Translations under genes and position numbers: made by a program
Source: a virus
DNA: 64,000 nucleotides
IMG/VR virus record: IMGVR_UViG_3300045996_004119
Span: 32,001-96,000 of that record
Reading direction: 5' to 3' (one strand)
Notes under the pieces: model-generated
What the model saw: the letters and a program-made list of their open reading frames with translations, nothing else
What the model was told of the DNA's origin: nothing
Databases searched by the model: none
Part shown: positions 52,546 through 60,447 of the stretch, in pieces
Layout of the letters: the number at the start of each line of letters is the position of its first letter
Numbering within the stretch: position 1 is the first letter of the stretch

Positions 52546-53547
52546 ATGGCCGACCAATCCAGCTTCCTCGTCCCGATCCTCCAGGAGATGGTCTACGGCA
52601 TCGACGCGTGGAAGAAGCCCGCGAAGGTCGTAGCGACCAGCAATCTGACGCTGACCGGCCTCCAGACCGTCGACGGCGTGGCGCTCGCGGCTCAGGACGA
52701 GGTCCTCTGCGTCGGGCAGAGCAGCGGCGCGCAGAACGGCATCTGGGTCGTCACCGCGGGCGCGTGGACGCGGCGGTTCGATGCGTCCACCTCCGAGCGC
52801 CTCTTCGAGGGCGTTCGCGTGCCGATCACCCGTGGCACGGCCGGCGCCGGGTCCGTCTACCGCCTGACGACCACGGGCAAGATCAACGTCGGCACCACGG
52901 CGCAGACCTGGGAGCTGGATTCGCAGGGAGCCGAGACCTCCCCCGAAGCCGTCGCCCCCACGCCCGACACGCTCGCCCTGCGCGGCTCCGCTGGCGAGGT
53001 GCGCGCGGTGCGGATCGAGCTCGCGGACGCTCGGATCCTCCCCGGCGATCCGACGCAGGCCGGCGACCTTGGCTTCACGTCGACCGTGCGCCGGCCGCAG
53101 GCGTGGAATCCTGGGACGGGCGCGGCAGAGCCCGTGTTACTCCAGTCGGACATCCGGCGGGAGGTGGCAATCCATCGCACTGCCGAGACCAGCGGCATGG
53201 AGACAGAATGGTTTCTCCTGGTACTTTCCCTGCCGGCATCACAGCGAATGCAATTGCTAACAGTCGGATGGTTTCAGTACGAGAACGCAACGTTCACGCC
53301 GCCGAACACCGCGACCGTCGAGGTCCGAGCCGTGCAGCCTGGCGGAGGGTTTGTGAGTCTCGCCTCCGAGGAGATCGTCTCCACCGCCGAAGAAAACCTC
53401 AACGGGTTCACCATTTCGGAAGACGAAATTCCGCCGGGTTACTGTCTCTACTTTCAGATCACGAAGGGTGGGTCGGGGTGCCTCCTGCCGAAACTGTCTT
53501 TCTTCGTCGCATGGACTATCGACCCGACATACGTCGTACCGCCGTGA
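52546..53547 (+). CDS. Fibre/decoration-type structural protein
   Basis: N-terminal WK.PAKVVATSNLTLTGLQTVDGV...Q.....NGIWVV..GAWTR domain; C-terminal beta domain with low GC3. Confidence 0.78.
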   Translation: MADQSSFLVPILQEMVYGIDAWKKPAKVVATSNLTLTGLQTVDGVALAAQDEVLCVGQSSGAQNGIWVVTAGAWTRRFDASTSERLFEGVRVPITRGTAGAGSVYRLTTTGKINVGTTAQTWELDSQGAETSPEAVAPTPDTLALRGSAGEVRAVRIELADARILPGDPTQAGDLGFTSTVRRPQAWNPGTGAAEPVLLQSDIRREVAIHRTAETSGMETEWFLLVLSLPASQRMQLLTVGWFQYENATFTPPNTATVEVRAVQPGGGFVSLASEEIVSTAEENLNGFTISEDEIPPGYCLYFQITKGGSGCLLPKLSFFVAWTIDPTYVVPP

Positions 53548-53566
53548 TCGCGGCCTCGGAGACGCC

Positions 53567-53998
53567 ATGACCATCGTCGAGACGATCGTCCCAGTCATCG
53601 CCGCTCTCGGCGTCGCCGGCGGCGGCATCTACACCGCGTCGAAGGCCTTCCCCGTGATCCTCGGCGCGCTCCGTGGGCGCAGCGTGCCGGGCGCCGACCG
53701 CGAGAGCCCCGTGCCGCCGGACCGGGCCGCCGAGCGCTCGCGCTGCGTGACGCACGCGGAGCTCGCGGCCGCAGTCGGCGCCGCCCTGACCCAGCATCGC
53801 GTCGAGTTCGGCGCCAGGATCGACGCCGTCGAAGCGGACTGCGAGCGGCGTGCGGATGAGGCGGAACGGCGGAGCGAGGAGCGTTACGAGAAGCTCGTCG
53901 ATCGGATCGGTGGAGCCGATCAGAAGGTGGCGCACGTGGTCGGCATCCTGGAGGGGCTCAGGAGCGGACAGCCGCAGAGTCGCAGGGGGCGCGGATGA
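53567..53998 (+). CDS. Single-TM coiled-coil protein, possible holin/antiholin-like lysis protein
   Basis: N-terminal TM IVPVIAALGVAGGGIY and C-terminal coiled coil; location after fibre genes. Confidence 0.5.
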   Translation: MTIVETIVPVIAALGVAGGGIYTASKAFPVILGALRGRSVPGADRESPVPPDRAAERSRCVTHAELAAAVGAALTQHRVEFGARIDAVEADCERRADEAERRSEERYEKLVDRIGGADQKVAHVVGILEGLRSGQPQSRRGRG

Positions 53999-54186
53999 GG
54001 CCCTCGTGGACATCAGGGGACGGCCTCGATAGCGGGGCCACCCACCGGGGCATGGGCGCCACGGACGGCGGCTACAACGAGGCGCTGCGAGAGGCCGACG
54101 CCCTACACGACAGCCTCGACGAACTCCTGCGCCTGCTCGACGACGCGCCGCTGGAGGCCCTGCTGGACCCGCACGGCTCCGGCTGA
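53995..54186 (+). CDS. Small acidic hypothetical protein
   Basis: ATGA coupling. Confidence 0.45.
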   Translation: MRPSWTSGDGLDSGATHRGMGATDGGYNEALREADALHDSLDELLRLLDDAPLEALLDPHGSG

Positions 54187-54190
54187 TGAC

Positions 54191-54460
54191 TCAGTGGGCG
54201 CGGCCACGTGCCGCCAGCGCCTGCTCTACTTGCCGCTCGTGCGCCTCACGCCGCGCGCGCTGACGGAGCGCCCTCTGCCGCGCTGGCTCGAGGTCGTCGA
54301 GTTTCACCCGGTCCGCGCGCTGGTCGGCGCGGTACCGCCGGAGCTGCGCCTCGAGCGCCCGCACCTTGGACCACAGCCAGAAGATGAAAAGCCCGCAAAG
54401 CCCTGTGCACGCCGCGCACACGGCCAGTAGCAGAATCAAGATCCGCGCCGGTTCGTCCAC
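54191..54460 (-). CDS. Small TM plus coiled-coil protein
   Basis: ILILLLAVCAACTGLCGLFIFWLW TM then charged helix. Confidence 0.6.
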   Translation of the reverse strand: MDEPARILILLLAVCAACTGLCGLFIFWLWSKVRALEAQLRRYRADQRADRVKLDDLEPARQRALRQRARREAHERQVEQALAARGRAH

Positions 54461-55083
54461 AGGACGAGCGTTTCATAGCTCACAACGGCGCCGAACGCGA
54501 TGAACTGGACCGTGCGAGCGACGCTCCAGTCCTCCACGGGTACACCGCGGGCGTAGGCGAAGAGCGCCGACGCCTGCCCGACCGTGAGCGCGAGCGGCAC
54601 GAGATGATGAGCCATCAGGATCTCGCCCTCCCGGAGGCGCCTCGCGATCTCGATGCCACCCAGGACGAACACCCCCGCGCAGCAGAGCCCCGTGAAGGCC
54701 GCGTAGAACCACCACCGCGGCTCAAGCCGAAGGGCGGGGTAGGCGAGCGCGGCGCCCACGGAGGCCACGGCCCAGAGCGCCGCAGCCGGCCACGGCGAGC
54801 GCCTCCGGAACACCACGAGCGCTACGCCGAGGAGCGCGGCCGGCCAGCTCAGGAGCAGCGCGGCGTGCACGTGCAGCAGGAGGGCCTCGGTGCCCGCGTA
54901 CGGCGCCGGCTCTCGCTCGAGGCGGGCAGCGATCGCCCACTGCGCCACGTCATGCAGCGGCGCCCACGCCAGCGCCAGCGCGACGGGCCGGTAGAACGGC
55001 CAGATGCCGCGCGTGCCCCAGCCCCGCCAGAGGGCGAGGCCGAGGAGCGCTGCGAGCGTGGTGAGGACCGAGAGCAAGGTCAT
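54436..55083 (-). CDS. Polytopic membrane protein (about 6-7 TM)
   Basis: Multiple Leu/Ala/Trp-rich hydrophobic segments across 215 aa. Confidence 0.7.
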   Translation of the reverse strand: MTLLSVLTTLAALLGLALWRGWGTRGIWPFYRPVALALAWAPLHDVAQWAIAARLEREPAPYAGTEALLLHVHAALLLSWPAALLGVALVVFRRRSPWPAAALWAVASVGAALAYPALRLEPRWWFYAAFTGLCCAGVFVLGGIEIARRLREGEILMAHHLVPLALTVGQASALFAYARGVPVEDWSVARTVQFIAFGAVVSYETLVLWTNRRGS

Positions 55084-55120
55084 GGAGCCCGCGAGGGTAT
55101 CCCCGCAGGCTGGCGTGGGC

Positions 55121-55318
55121 CTACTTCGCCGCCTGGTGCCCGCCGATCGGGGGCGGGTCGATGGCGACGGAGCGCGAGGTGGCGGCGTTGAGCGCCGACG
55201 AGGCGGCCTCCACGATCCGGATCTTGTCGCCGATGGTCATGGTGCGGCCGTACTCATCGAGCAGCGCCTTGGCCTTGTCCAACAGCAACTCTCGCACGTC
55301 ATCAGCAGTGTTTGACAT
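55121..55318 (-). CDS. 65-aa hypothetical protein
   Basis: MSNTADDVRELLLDKAK... amphipathic helical frame, 3' part of ORF 55121..55825. Confidence 0.5.
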   Translation of the reverse strand: MSNTADDVRELLLDKAKALLDEYGRTMTIGDKIRIVEAASSALNAATSRSVAIDPPPIGGHQAAK

Positions 55319-55387
55319 CACGCAGCTGTAGCACGGCGCGGCATACCGCGCCTTGGCTCTCTGAAAACCGATCACCCCAAGGACCAG

Positions 55388-55912
55388 ATGCATCGTTTCG
55401 CCATCTTGCTCATCTCGTTGCTCGCGCTCACCCTCACCGCGTGCCCGCCTGCGCCCACTGCGCCGCCGGCCGAGGTGACCGCCTCCTCGACCGCCGCCGG
55501 CGCCACCGGAGCTGGAGGTGACGCGGGGCCCGCTGACCCGGTCGACGCTGCGACCGCTGACGCCGCGGCCACGAGCGCCGAGGCCTCGACCACGACATCC
55601 GCGGCGACGGGCGCGCCCGCTCCTGCTTGCGAGGGCCCCACCAAGGCCCCGACGTACTGCGACTACGACAACGAATGTTGGAACGGAAACCAGTGCGATG
55701 TCGACGTCTGCGACCTCGGCGCGCCGCCGAATCCGCCGGCCCCGGACGGCCGGAAGGGCACGTGCCGCTGGACGCTGCTGCCCGACAACTCGCCGTGCGA
55801 CGTGAGCGGCCCGAGCGACACCCACGACGCCTGCCGCGCCGGCGCGTGCTGCCCGGGCGCCGCTGAGCCGCCCGCGGTCCCCGTCGCCAACGTCCTGCCG
55901 GAGGCGAGGTGA
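55388..55912 (+). CDS. Cys-rich lipoprotein
   Basis: Lipobox LTAC after hydrophobic signal; Ala/Thr linker; C..D.EC....QC..D.C...G.C.....DNSPC repeat. Confidence 0.78.
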   Translation: MHRFAILLISLLALTLTACPPAPTAPPAEVTASSTAAGATGAGGDAGPADPVDAATADAAATSAEASTTTSAATGAPAPACEGPTKAPTYCDYDNECWNGNQCDVDVCDLGAPPNPPAPDGRKGTCRWTLLPDNSPCDVSGPSDTHDACRAGACCPGAAEPPAVPVANVLPEAR

Positions 55913-56154
55913 TGCTCGCCGCCCTCAAGAGCTGGAAGAGCTCGATCGCTGGCATCCTCGCCGGCATCAGCCTCGCCGCGCAGGCCGTGCTCGAGGTTGC
56001 CGAGGCGCCCGCGCGGCTGCGCGTGGTCGCGGGGCTCGTCAACGCCATCGCGATCGCGGCGCTCGGCATCGTCTGCCGCGACAACGACAAGACCTCGGAG
56101 CAGGTCGGCGCCCCGAAGGCCGGCCAGCTCCCGCCCGCGGAGCCGCCGCGATGA
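55909..56154 (+). CDS. Holin
   Basis: KSWKSSIAGILAGI...two TM...RDND motif typical of small two-TM holins; upstream of endolysin. Confidence 0.72.
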   Translation: MMLAALKSWKSSIAGILAGISLAAQAVLEVAEAPARLRVVAGLVNAIAIAALGIVCRDNDKTSEQVGAPKAGQLPPAEPPR

Positions 56155-56633
56155 GAAAGGCGCTCGCGGTCCTCCTCGCCGCGCTGGCGCTGCTGCTCTC
56201 GGGGTGCGCCGGACCGCTCCAGGATGTCGGCCAGCAGGACAGGCGACCGATCACGGTGGCCGATGCGGCGAGCGCTCTCGTCGCCGCCCACGACCTGCTC
56301 GAGGACGTCGGCGATGCCCTCGAGGCCGTGCACACGGCGGCCGCTGCCCGGGCGCGCGCGGCGGCGCCGGACGACGAGGCGAAGCACCGCGCGATCGACG
56401 AGGTGCACGCCAAGTTCAAGCCGGCCTGGGACGCCTACGAGGGCGCGCAGGCCGTCTACATCGCCGCGGCCGCCGTGGTGCGCGCCGCGCAGCTGGCCGA
56501 GCTCGCGGGGAGGGCCCCCGACCCGACCGCGGTGGCCGCTGCCGTGCTGGCGCTGATGAGCGCGTGCGATGCCCTCGCGCGCGCCGCCGAGGCGGTGGGG
56601 CTGCCGGCGCTCCAGAAGGCGGGGAACCGATGA
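56151..56633 (+). CDS. Helical lipoprotein, o-spanin candidate
   Basis: Lipobox LSGC; Ala-rich helices; within lysis cassette. Confidence 0.6.
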   Translation: MRKALAVLLAALALLLSGCAGPLQDVGQQDRRPITVADAASALVAAHDLLEDVGDALEAVHTAAAARARAAAPDDEAKHRAIDEVHAKFKPAWDAYEGAQAVYIAAAAVVRAAQLAELAGRAPDPTAVAAAVLALMSACDALARAAEAVGLPALQKAGNR

Positions 56634-56929
56634 AGGCCGAGTCCACCTGGGCCGCCGTGGCTCTCGCCGTTGTCGGCCTCGCTACGGCCATCGTCCGCGT
56701 CATCGCCGGCAGGAAGCGCGCTGAGCCCCCGCCGGCGCCCGTCCAGCCAGCGCCGCCCATCCCGCCCGCGCCTGCCGGGCGCCGCGACGACGCCATCACC
56801 GCCGCCGAGCACGAACGGGTCCGCCAGGAGGCTGCGCGGCGCGCCCAACCTCCTCCCGCGGCCGACCTGACCAAGATCGCGCCGTCGCCGCCGAGCGACA
56901 ACGCCATCGAGCCGAGAGACCTCCAGTGA
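56630..56929 (+). CDS. Single-TM Pro-rich protein, i-spanin candidate
   Basis: N-terminal TM WAAVALAVVGLATAIVRVIA; ATGA coupling. Confidence 0.55.
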   Translation: MKAESTWAAVALAVVGLATAIVRVIAGRKRAEPPPAPVQPAPPIPPAPAGRRDDAITAAEHERVRQEAARRAQPPPAADLTKIAPSPPSDNAIEPRDLQ

Positions 56930-58401
56930 CCGCACGCATCATTTCCGCTGGAGCCGGCGCGACCAGGCCGCTCGTCCTCGCCTTCCTGGTGCCTCCTGTC
57001 CGCCGCCCGGGCGACCCGCACCTCGACGACCAGATCCGCGCGGCGCTGCCCGGGGCCTGCGTGATCGCGCACAGCGACGCCGACGGCGAGCCGCTCGCCG
57101 CCTCCGAGGAGCGGGCTCGCCGCGCCGGGCGGACGGGCGGGCCGCTCGTTCTCGTCGGCTATTCGGCCGGGTGCCTCCGGGGCGTGCGGAAGCGCCTCCT
57201 CGACGGCGCCGAGCCCGCCGCGGTCATCGCGATCGACGGCACGCACGCCTCGGTGCCTCCGGCCGCATGGCAGTTCGACGCCTGGCGATCGGTCATCGCG
57301 GACGCGCGCGACGGGCGCCGGCTGTTCGTGGCCACGGCGACACAGCAGACGTACGTGGAATCGCTGCCGGCCCATCAGCGCTACCTCGCGACCATCTCCG
57401 TGTTGCGCCGGCTGACCGGCTGGCCGCTCGCGAGCCCAGGGCCGCTGCCGCTCGGGGAGCACGTCTCCGAGGGGGACTGCCACGTCCACAGCTACGCGAG
57501 CGCCTCGATGGACGGCAATGCCCACAGCGACCAGCTCACGCGCGTGCTGCCCGAGATGCTCCGGCTGCACCTCGCGCCGTGGCTTGCGCGGCAGGGTGGC
57601 GCCGCGCCTGTCCCCGCCGAGGACCGCCACACGCCGGCGCCACCGACGCCCGAGGCGGACACGCCGCGGGTGCCGCGCGTGCTGCGCCGGGGTGACAAGG
57701 GCGACGACGTGGGCGACTGGCAGCGGCGCCTGCTGGAGCTCGGCTACGACCCCGGTTCGGCGGACGAGTCGTTCGGTCCGCTGACCGAGAGCGCCACGAA
57801 GGAGCTCCAGCGCGACGCCGGGATCGGCGTGGATGGCGTGGTCGGGCCGATGACGCGCGCCGCCGCCGAGAGCGCGGCCCCGAAGACGCTCCCGCCTGCG
57901 CCGCCCGCCGGGCTCGCCAGGGTGTTCCTCGGCAGAGCTCGTGCTGACCTCGATGCAGGCGTGCGCGAGGAGCGCCCCAACGACGGCGAGCGCGTGGGCG
58001 CCTACCTCCAGGCGTGCGGGGCGACGCCGCCGGCGAACTGGTGCGCGGCCGCGGTGACGTGCTGGCTTCGCGATGCTGCCCGCGAGCTCGGAGTCGAGCC
58101 GCCCGTGCGCGGATCGGCGGGCGCCAAGGCCTTGATGGCGCAGTTCCAGCAGGCCGGGCGGTTCATCTCGGCGGAGGAGCTGCGGCGGGACACCGCGTTG
58201 CTTCAGCCCGGCATGGTGGCCGTCTGGCACAGGGGCGCCCCCGGCGCGTGGACCGGGCACACCGCCGCCGTCGCGAGCGCGGCGACTGGGACGCGGTTCC
58301 TGAGCCTCGACGGGAACGGGGGGCAGAACGGCGATCGCGTGGCAGAGACGCAGCGCAGCCTGAACGACCCGCTGTTCCTCGGCGTCGGCCGGGTCGGCTA
58401 G
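56926..58401 (+). CDS. Modular endolysin: alpha/beta-hydrolase + PG-binding domain + CHAP/NlpC amidase
   Basis: LVGYSAG nucleophile elbow (57157-71); LRRGDKG.DV..WQ..L..LGY....D..FG..T..A...LQ...GI.VDGVVGPMT; NWCAAAV and GHT catalytic motifs. Confidence 0.88.
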   Translation: MTARIISAGAGATRPLVLAFLVPPVRRPGDPHLDDQIRAALPGACVIAHSDADGEPLAASEERARRAGRTGGPLVLVGYSAGCLRGVRKRLLDGAEPAAVIAIDGTHASVPPAAWQFDAWRSVIADARDGRRLFVATATQQTYVESLPAHQRYLATISVLRRLTGWPLASPGPLPLGEHVSEGDCHVHSYASASMDGNAHSDQLTRVLPEMLRLHLAPWLARQGGAAPVPAEDRHTPAPPTPEADTPRVPRVLRRGDKGDDVGDWQRRLLELGYDPGSADESFGPLTESATKELQRDAGIGVDGVVGPMTRAAAESAAPKTLPPAPPAGLARVFLGRARADLDAGVREERPNDGERVGAYLQACGATPPANWCAAAVTCWLRDAARELGVEPPVRGSAGAKALMAQFQQAGRFISAEELRRDTALLQPGMVAVWHRGAPGAWTGHTAAVASAATGTRFLSLDGNGGQNGDRVAETQRSLNDPLFLGVGRVG

Positions 58402-58622
58402 GCGCCGCGTCTCGGCTGCCTGGCGCTGCGAGGGTACGTCTCCGTGAGCCAGGCCCGAAGGCCGAGCGCGTTGATGCGGCGGTCCAGGGTCCTCCGGTTC
58501 ACCGAGAGTGCCTCCGCAGCGCGCTCCACGTTGCCGGACGCGGCGGCGAGCGCCTCGCGGATGGCTGCGGCGTCGGCCGCGCTCGCCTGCATGATGGCGT
58601 CTGCCGTGAGCGGCCGCGTCAT
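58398..58622 (-). CDS. Stand-alone Fis-type HTH protein
   Basis: IREALAAASGNVERAAEALSVNRRTLDRRINALGL. Confidence 0.85.
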   Translation of the reverse strand: MTRPLTADAIMQASAADAAAIREALAAASGNVERAAEALSVNRRTLDRRINALGLRAWLTETYPRSARQPRRGA

Positions 58623-58954
58623 CCGCCGGCCTCGAGCTCTCGCAGCCGGATCGCCTCGCGCTGCACGGACTGCGGCGGCTCCTCCGGCAGCCGGCGCCCG
58701 TCGGGAGCTACGAAGCTCCACGGCCCGAGCTCGCGGGCCACGGCGCCGCTGTTCCGCCGCGCCCGCACGTAGCGGGTGGTCGGGCGCCCGAGATCGTCCG
58801 TCGTCTCCCACTTGGCGCAACCGTCGGGCTCGTAGCCGGGCCGGCGGATCGACCCGCACAGGCCGAGTCCGTTGCCGTCGTGCAGGATTATGTGCGTGGT
58901 GCGCCCGCAGTTGCGGCAGGGGCGCTCAAGCGTTTCGACGTCCATGGTCACCAC
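58619..58954 (-). CDS. Small protein with CxxC...C...C possible Zn site
   Basis: PCRNCGR, LCGS, GCAKW; coupled to neighbours. Confidence 0.6.
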   Translation of the reverse strand: MVTMDVETLERPCRNCGRTTHIILHDGNGLGLCGSIRRPGYEPDGCAKWETTDDLGRPTTRYVRARRNSGAVARELGPWSFVAPDGRRLPEEPPQSVQREAIRLRELEAGG

Positions 58955-59205
58955 CTTCCTCGGCTGAACACGTCCTGCGCGAGGCCGCGGACCGTCTCCT
59001 GGATCTGCTCCTCCTCGACCGCGGACGGCCCGTCCACGAAGACGCGGTCGCGATCGCCATCGTCGCTCAGCCCGACGCTCACCTCGTCGCCCGCGTACGC
59101 ACCACGCAGACGCGCTTCGACTGCCGCGCGGTACCGCTCATGGTCCGCTGGCGAGCTGAGCGTGCCGAGGTTGCTGGTCGCGATGTCGAGGTGGATGGAC
59201 GTCAT
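58948..59205 (-). CDS. 85-aa acidic hypothetical protein
   Basis: AGGAG RBS before ATG; first gene after consensus promoter. Confidence 0.65.
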   Translation of the reverse strand: MTSIHLDIATSNLGTLSSPADHERYRAAVEARLRGAYAGDEVSVGLSDDGDRDRVFVDGPSAVEEEQIQETVRGLAQDVFSRGRW

Positions 59206-59249
59206 GGCTGTTTGCTCCTGCGTCGCCGGCCCCGCGCCGTCGATGCTTA

Positions 59250-59279
59250 GACAGTAGGACTCACGTGTCCGACTGTCAA
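59250..59279 (-). promoter_or_regulatory. Sigma70 promoter overlapped by a 28-bp palindromic operator
   Basis: Minus strand TTGACA (59279-74), 17 nt, TACTGT (59256-51); plus strand GACAGT-A-GGAC-TCACGT-GTCC-G-ACTGTC (59250-77). Confidence 0.75.
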
Positions 59280-59315
59280 CCCGGTCCGGTCGATTCCTGA
59301 GCGCCGCCGCGTCGG

Positions 59316-59693
59316 CTAGGCGGACAGCGTGAACGACAGCGCGTCGATGCTGCACGGAACGCCGTCGCGCGCATCGATACCCTCGAACATCAGCGCGGAG
59401 CCGACGTGTCCGGGCGTGCGCCACGCATCCTGAATCGGCACGCCTGCGCCGGCTTCACGCTCGCGCCACACGGCGACCCACCGCACGAATTGCTTCACAC
59501 GCAGATTCAGCGGCACTCGCCCGGTGACACCGAAGTCCGCCGGCACCCGCACGACGCGCGGCTCCGGGAATAGCTCGCGCCCGTCCTGCCCATAGACGCG
59601 GACGAACACGTCCGACCCTGGCTTCAGCAGGCTTTCGCGCGAGGCGCGAATCGCGTCATCGGCGCGGCAGCCCGTCTCTTCGCAACTCTGCAT
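59316..59693 (-). CDS. Hypothetical protein
   Basis: 125-aa ORF filling gap, divergent from the 59744 operon. Confidence 0.5.
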   Translation of the reverse strand: MQSCEETGCRADDAIRASRESLLKPGSDVFVRVYGQDGRELFPEPRVVRVPADFGVTGRVPLNLRVKQFVRWVAVWREREAGAGVPIQDAWRTPGHVGSALMFEGIDARDGVPCSIDALSFTLSA

Positions 59694-59743
59694 CTCGAAA
59701 CCCTATCACGCGCCGGCTGCGCATGCAGCCTCGGAGCATATCA

Positions 59744-60142
59744 ATGCGCGTATCCGTAGTTGTCCGAAACGATTTGGTCGACGCCTTCACCGCGGCTCTC
59801 GACGACGGCGAGATCCGCTTCTACGACGGCACCCGCCCGGCGTCCGTGGAGACGGCGATCACCACGCAGGAACTGCTCGTCACGCTGACGTTCGCCGCCA
59901 CCGCGTTCGGCGCCGCATCGAGCGCGAGCGCCGCGGCGAATGCCATCGGCAGCGGCACGGTCGCCGCCACCGGCCAGGCTACTTGGGCGCGCCTCGTGAA
60001 CAGCGGCGGCACCGCGGTGGCCGACGCGACCGTCTCGGCGACCGGCGGGGGCGGAGACATCCAGGTGAGCGGCGTGGATTTCGGCGCCGGCGGCACCGTG
60101 AGCCTGAGCTCGTTCACCATCTCGCAGCCGGCCGGGTCATGA
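59744..60142 (+). CDS. Phage structural (tail-associated) beta protein
   Basis: RN..VDA......G.I.FY.GTRP......LL..L.F...AF...ATG.ATWAR....G..V.D..V...G.DI......G..V....FT pattern. Confidence 0.75.
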   Translation: MRVSVVVRNDLVDAFTAALDDGEIRFYDGTRPASVETAITTQELLVTLTFAATAFGAASSASAAANAIGSGTVAATGQATWARLVNSGGTAVADATVSATGGGGDIQVSGVDFGAGGTVSLSSFTISQPAGS

Positions 60143-60444
60143 GCGCGCGCGTCGGCCTCTTCGCCATCCGTCACCAGCGCGGCGGCGTCATCACCGCGCT
60201 GCTCTTCTCCGCGCCGCCGAGCGAGGCGCGCCTCGCCGCCGAGAAGGTGCGGCTCGACAAGCGCTACGGCTCCGGCTGGGTGCGCGTGGTGCCCGTCGCC
60301 CTGGAGCTCGCCGACGAGCACGCCGACCTCGCCGCGCGCTTTTCCTCGCCGCCGGAGGAGCCGCCGCCGCCCGAGCCGGGGACCGCGGGCGCGCTGCCCG
60401 GCATCGTCATCCACGCCGTCGGCACGTACACCCCGCCCCGCTGA
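60139..60444 (+). CDS. Hypothetical protein
   Basis: ATGA coupling after structural gene. Confidence 0.55.
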   Translation: MSARVGLFAIRHQRGGVITALLFSAPPSEARLAAEKVRLDKRYGSGWVRVVPVALELADEHADLAARFSSPPEEPPPPEPGTAGALPGIVIHAVGTYTPPR

Positions 60445-60447
60445 ACC

